DNA of 64,000 bases, taken from assembly GCA_039028615.1 (NCBI GenBank), contig JBCCHT010000053.1:1-64000 (forward strand), read 5' to 3'. Shown here one piece after another: positions 59,940 through 64,000 of this stretch (position 1 is the first letter of the stretch; the number at the start of each line of letters is the position of its first letter). A model generated the notes under the pieces. That model was given only the letters and a program-made list of their open reading frames with translations, did not search any database and was not told the origin of the DNA. The translations under genes and the position numbers were made by a program. Origin of the DNA: Myxococcota bacterium. GTDB lineage: Bacteria; Myxococcota_A; Polyangia; Nannocystales; Nannocystaceae.

Positions 59940-60136
59940 ACTCTGCCACCAAGTGGCACTTGGAATAGATCGCGGCCGGCCCAGGTTGTGGCGTCGCGAC
60001 GGTAGTGTCCCGTGTCGGGTGTCGGCCCGTGCCGTCGTCGTGGTGTTGGGTTGGTTCGACGGTGAGCACTCGCGCTCGCCTTGATGCCGAAGGGTCGACG
60101 CGTAAACAACCAGTGGAACGATAAAGGGGGCCCGCA

Positions 60137-61249
60137 TTGGTGGAACCAATCGAGCTGAAGCCGAAGGAATCCAAACGACTCATCAACCTCGTCATTCGCG
60201 ATCATCGTCAGGCCGAAGCCAAGCGCGATCGCCTGATGGCGTGCAACGACCTGAACACGCTACGGCTGATTCTCATCGAGGCGGGCATTCCTCGTCACGA
60301 CGTGGATGCGACGCTGGGTCGGTTCCGCCGCAAGATCGAGCGCCGACGCCGAGCGAGGAAACGGGTGCCCTATGTGATCGGGGCCCTGGTACTGCTGCTC
60401 ACCGCCATCGGCTACTACGGCGTAGGCTGGGTGGTCCCGCGCTACGACCAGCTCGTCGCTCAACGAGAGGACGTACGACGAGACTGGGCGCAGATCGATA
60501 CGCTCTTGCAGCGCCGCTACGACTTGATCCCCAACCTGGTCGAGGCCACGCGCGGGCTCGCGAACCACGAAGCCACGGTGCTGACGGACATCGCCGACGC
60601 ACATGCGGGCTACGTGAGCGCACGGACTCCCGGTGCGAAGATCGAAGCGTCGTACGCCGCCGAGCGGGGCATTCGAGCGTGTTTGCTGCTGGGCGCGCGG
60701 TATCCCGAGCTCGAGGCCGACCGGGCGTTCATGCGGTTGATGGACGAGCTCACCCAGGCCGAAGACCTGCTCGCGCAGCGGCGGCTGACCTACAACGAGA
60801 CGGTTCGAGAGTTCAACACCGGGCTGCAGACGGTCGACGGTCGCATCGTCGGTGCGCTGACCGGTCTGGAGCTGGCCGAGTACTACGAGCCCCCGTCGAC
60901 GACCGAGGCCGCGCCCTTCGTGAAGTTCGTGGAGCCGCCCCCGGCCCCCGTGGCCGTCGCCCCCGAGCCGGTCGACGCGGCGGCCCCCGCCGTCGCCCCC
61001 GTGGAGGTCGTCGATCCCCTCGAACGACTGGTGGTGTCGGCCATCCATCGGTCGAAGCGCGGGCGCAAAGCCACGCTCACGTTCCCCAATGGGGCGACGC
61101 GTCGGGTGAAGATGGGCGACACGGTGCCGGGTTTCGACGCCCGGGTGGTGGGCATCAACCCGCGCTCGGTCTTGGTCGAGGGCCCGCACGTCGACGACGA
61201 TGGGCGAACGGTGCGACGCACGGTCCGCCTGACGCTGGAGCCACGATGA
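60137..61249 (+). CDS. LemA-family protein fused to a C-terminal PilP/GspC-like domain
   Basis: WAQIDTLLQRRYDLIPNLVE, YPELEAD..F..LMDEL, YNETVREFN; C-terminal ATLTFPNG..VKMGD..DARVVGINPRSVLV. Confidence 0.85.
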   Translation: MVEPIELKPKESKRLINLVIRDHRQAEAKRDRLMACNDLNTLRLILIEAGIPRHDVDATLGRFRRKIERRRRARKRVPYVIGALVLLLTAIGYYGVGWVVPRYDQLVAQREDVRRDWAQIDTLLQRRYDLIPNLVEATRGLANHEATVLTDIADAHAGYVSARTPGAKIEASYAAERGIRACLLLGARYPELEADRAFMRLMDELTQAEDLLAQRRLTYNETVREFNTGLQTVDGRIVGALTGLELAEYYEPPSTTEAAPFVKFVEPPPAPVAVAPEPVDAAAPAVAPVEVVDPLERLVVSAIHRSKRGRKATLTFPNGATRRVKMGDTVPGFDARVVGINPRSVLVEGPHVDDDGRTVRRTVRLTLEPR

Positions 61250-61290
61250 GCCAGAGGGCGGAAAAATAAAGAGCGATCGCTCCAATTCGG

Positions 61291-62706
61291 GTGAAAGAAT
61301 CGCGGACGCCAGGTCATCCCACCCCCGACGTGACCTCCCAGCGCCGACCTGAACGACCGATGCTCGCGGGATGCCCTGGTGGCACTCGCAACCACCTCAC
61401 GGCCACCGCGGCGACGCCGGGAAGACGACACTGCGCGCTCCCGCTGGCACTTGCCATGCTCACGGGTCTCGCCGCGGGCTGCGACTCCTCGAAGGCCAAA
61501 CCGGACTCGAGCGTGGCCGAGTCGACGGCCAAGGACGCCAGCAAGAAATCCGAAGGTGACGCCAAGGCAGACCCCGCCCACAAGACCGCGCCCGCCAAGG
61601 CCGACGACGAGGCGAAGGCACCCGCGGACGGAGAGCCGCCCGAGGCCGACGACGAGACGAAGCCGCCCGCGAACGGAGAACCGCCCGAGGCCAACGCCGC
61701 GCCCGATGCCGCGGACGCCGACGAGCCCGACGAAGGGCCTGACGAGGGCCCCTTCCCGCCACCGAAGGGCTGGAGCACCGACCTCGATCCCAACTACCTC
61801 GTGTGGGAGCAGCTTCCGGGCGACCCCAACAAGCCGCCACGCTATCGGACCACGTGGCTGGTCGGGGGCAAGAGCGCGGGCGAGGCGGCGGGCTTGTTCC
61901 TCGGCGACGTCGATCGACTGCTGCTGGCCGAGGGCGACTACGTGTACGAGTGGCAAGCGCAGACCTTCCGGGCCAAATCGGAGAGCTGCGGCTGGTCCCC
62001 GGGACAAAAGGAGATCCCGCAGTTCGAGACCTTCGACGACCCGCGCAGTCGATTCCTCGTGACGAGCACCTACGAGGCCCCGTTCCCCGTGCATGGATCG
62101 TTGGCGGCCCCCACCGAAGGCGTCGAGAACTTCTCCCGCACGATGGAGATCACGGGGAACATCGGGCGCTACGTGTTCACCAAGGAGTACCTGTACACGA
62201 TGGAGTGCGACAGCGCGAACGGGTGGACGGAGGCCGCGGCGAAGATCATCGATCTCCATACGCGCTCCACGGTGGACCTGCTCCGTCCGCTGAACGACGG
62301 GAGCTTCGCTGCGATTGAGGCCCCGCTCATCGCCGCGCTCGAGAAAAAGGACCCCGAGGGGGAGTTCTCGCGCCCCAGTGGCCCGGGGGACGTGGTGGTC
62401 GCCGCGCTGCGGCCCGCGTTCGGCCGGGAGCACATGACGGTGGAGCAGCAGCTCGCGGTCGAGACCTGCCACGCCTGCCAGGACGGCGAATGGGAGGACA
62501 GCACGATCTCGGTCTACCTGCCGTTTTCCACGCCGAAGATCGCGGTGAAAGACCTGAAGGTCCCGCCCATCGTGAACCTGCACTACCTCAACTACGACGA
62601 GTCCCGTCCGCACGGGTTCACCGAGCTGAAGACCGCGAAGGCCAAGGAGACGATCCGCGAGTTCTTCCGGGCCAAGGCCGCGGTGGAGGCCATGGACGCC
62701 AAGTAG
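61291..62706 (+). CDS. Hypothetical lipoprotein
   Basis: LAAGC lipobox; acidic linker; CHAC motif. True start probably further downstream. Confidence 0.75.
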   Translation: MKESRTPGHPTPDVTSQRRPERPMLAGCPGGTRNHLTATAATPGRRHCALPLALAMLTGLAAGCDSSKAKPDSSVAESTAKDASKKSEGDAKADPAHKTAPAKADDEAKAPADGEPPEADDETKPPANGEPPEANAAPDAADADEPDEGPDEGPFPPPKGWSTDLDPNYLVWEQLPGDPNKPPRYRTTWLVGGKSAGEAAGLFLGDVDRLLLAEGDYVYEWQAQTFRAKSESCGWSPGQKEIPQFETFDDPRSRFLVTSTYEAPFPVHGSLAAPTEGVENFSRTMEITGNIGRYVFTKEYLYTMECDSANGWTEAAAKIIDLHTRSTVDLLRPLNDGSFAAIEAPLIAALEKKDPEGEFSRPSGPGDVVVAALRPAFGREHMTVEQQLAVETCHACQDGEWEDSTISVYLPFSTPKIAVKDLKVPPIVNLHYLNYDESRPHGFTELKTAKAKETIREFFRAKAAVEAMDAK

Positions 62707-62821
62707 GTTTGCCTGCGGGTGTTGGGGAGGGCCCGTCGGTCGCTCGAGTCCGCGCTGCTGTCGGGGGGTCGACCGGGGCTCGCGGCCGCTCGAGCCCTCC
62801 CCCGCCCGCGGGCGTTTTGGT

Positions 62822-63625
62822 CTACCAGTCGCATCCGTAGCGGTGGTAGTCGCCGCGATCGAAGGTCCAGCGGTCTTTGTCGAGCCACAGCCATCGGTTC
62901 TCGGCCTCCGAGCGCTCGCCCTCGGCGTCGGTCATCACGTAGACGACTCGAACGTCGCGATGACCGTCACCGTCGAGGTCCTCGAATGCCACGCTGGCTT
63001 GGGTCACGGTGTCGCCGGCCAACATCTCGTGGTCGAGCTCGATCTGTAGCCCCTTGGCCAGCTTCGGCTCGGTGTCGAACAACATCATGGTGCGGATGAC
63101 GTTCGGACCACCGCCGGGGCACATGATCTCTTCGGTCAGCACCATCCGTACTTCGGGGCGGCCATCGTCGTCGTAGTCGTCGACCGTCAGCGAAGGATCG
63201 ATGTGCGGCGGCTCCTCGCCGAGCCACGGCGTCGCCACGTGGTGGGCGAACACCAAGTGCTGGACGCCATCGGGACCCACGATGGCCAGCACGATGTCGG
63301 CCTCGCCCGGCACCTGCGGATCGAAGCGCCGCCACGCGCCCACGACCCGGTCGGCGTCGAGCTCGACGGTGGACCCGAGCGGAGTGACTTCGCCGGTCAC
63401 GAGTTCGTGCACCTGCTTGCCCGACGGGTTCGTCTCGGCGGGCTCCTGTGCGGGTGGCGAGACCTCGGTCGGCGCCGCTTCGATCGGCGGTTCCTCGTCC
63501 GGGCTCACCGCCGGGTCCGGCGAGGGCTCCGGGCTCACCACCGTCGCGCCCGGACCCGGCCCGCTCGTCCGCGCACAGCCGAGCACCGCAACCCCGAGTC
63601 CGAGCCCCACCGCCGCCAGCCTCAT
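62822..63625 (-). CDS. Hypothetical lipoprotein with DxDxDG Ca-binding motifs
   Basis: VLGC lipobox; DYDDDGRPE, DLDGDGHRD. Confidence 0.75.
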   Translation of the reverse strand: MRLAAVGLGLGVAVLGCARTSGPGPGATVVSPEPSPDPAVSPDEEPPIEAAPTEVSPPAQEPAETNPSGKQVHELVTGEVTPLGSTVELDADRVVGAWRRFDPQVPGEADIVLAIVGPDGVQHLVFAHHVATPWLGEEPPHIDPSLTVDDYDDDGRPEVRMVLTEEIMCPGGGPNVIRTMMLFDTEPKLAKGLQIELDHEMLAGDTVTQASVAFEDLDGDGHRDVRVVYVMTDAEGERSEAENRWLWLDKDRWTFDRGDYHRYGCDW

Positions 63626-63701
63626 GCGTCGACGATAGCAGCCCACGCGACGGCTCCGGCCCACGCGGGCCGGACCGATTCGGAGACGGCGACGCGACGC
63701 C

Positions 63702-64000
63702 TTACTTCTTGGCGCGACGGGCCTTGGCGTCGGCTCGCACTTCGAGCTGCTCGCGAATGTCGGCCTCGAGCTGGCCCATGCACTCGGGCTTGTAGCCGCG
63801 ATACGACGCCTGGATCACGCCCTTGTAGTCGACGATGAACGTAAAGGGGAACTTGGGGCTGCCGTAGGTGCCCGCGTAGTCCTCCCCGGCGATGGCGATC
63901 TTGGCCGCGATCTTGCGCTTGGCTACCAAGTCGGCCACCGCCTCGGCGTCTTCGTCGGTGGCGATCGCCAGCAGGGTCATGCCGTGCTTGCGATAGCGAC
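63702..64000 (-). CDS. TlpA/redoxin-family protein (3' part; truncated by the window edge)
   Basis: YRKHGMTLLAIATDE..FPFTFIVDYKGVI thioredoxin-fold C-terminal pattern. Confidence 0.7.
   Translation of the reverse strand, partial: RYRKHGMTLLAIATDEDAEAVADLVAKRKIAAKIAIAGEDYAGTYGSPKFPFTFIVDYKGVIQASYRGYKPECMGQLEADIREQLEVRADAKARRAKK

Noticed and set aside
62724..62802. GGGGAGGGC..GCCCTCCCC inverted repeat between convergent genes
   Set aside because: 9-bp GC arms with a long loop; possible terminator but too weak to call.

Overview
GC-rich bacterial chromosomal segment, most likely a myxobacterium (Nannocystaceae-like), judged from the giant TPR protein, Ser/Thr kinases, Myxococcales-type sigma factor and many lipoproteins. 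Recognisable genes: thiE (with a C-terminal extension), uvrB, murB, hutF, selO/ydiU, a molybdopterin oxidoreductase with an HxlR regulator, TetR/LysR regulators, a RES-Xre toxin-antitoxin pair and a frameshifted MTHFR-like gene. The main non-coding signal is a family of ~140-270 bp elements with a REP-like GTAG+hairpin core. They occur at three loci (1-1540, 37.4-38.1 kb, 47.4-49.7 kb), always as convergent inverted pairs or arrays, and one pair brackets a whole gene. They are surrounded by a strand-polarised G/T-versus-A/C skew that also shifts synonymous codons in neighbouring genes. Other notable items: a ~3.7 kb low-GC island (possible toxin-like ORF, CxxC micro-ORF, ECF sigma factor); a stand-alone IS1634 N-terminal-like gene; two paralogous ~60-aa tail-anchored ORFs; and two adjacent genes (one a LemA) that share a PilP-like C-terminal domain. 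All family calls come from reading motifs by eye; no searches were run.
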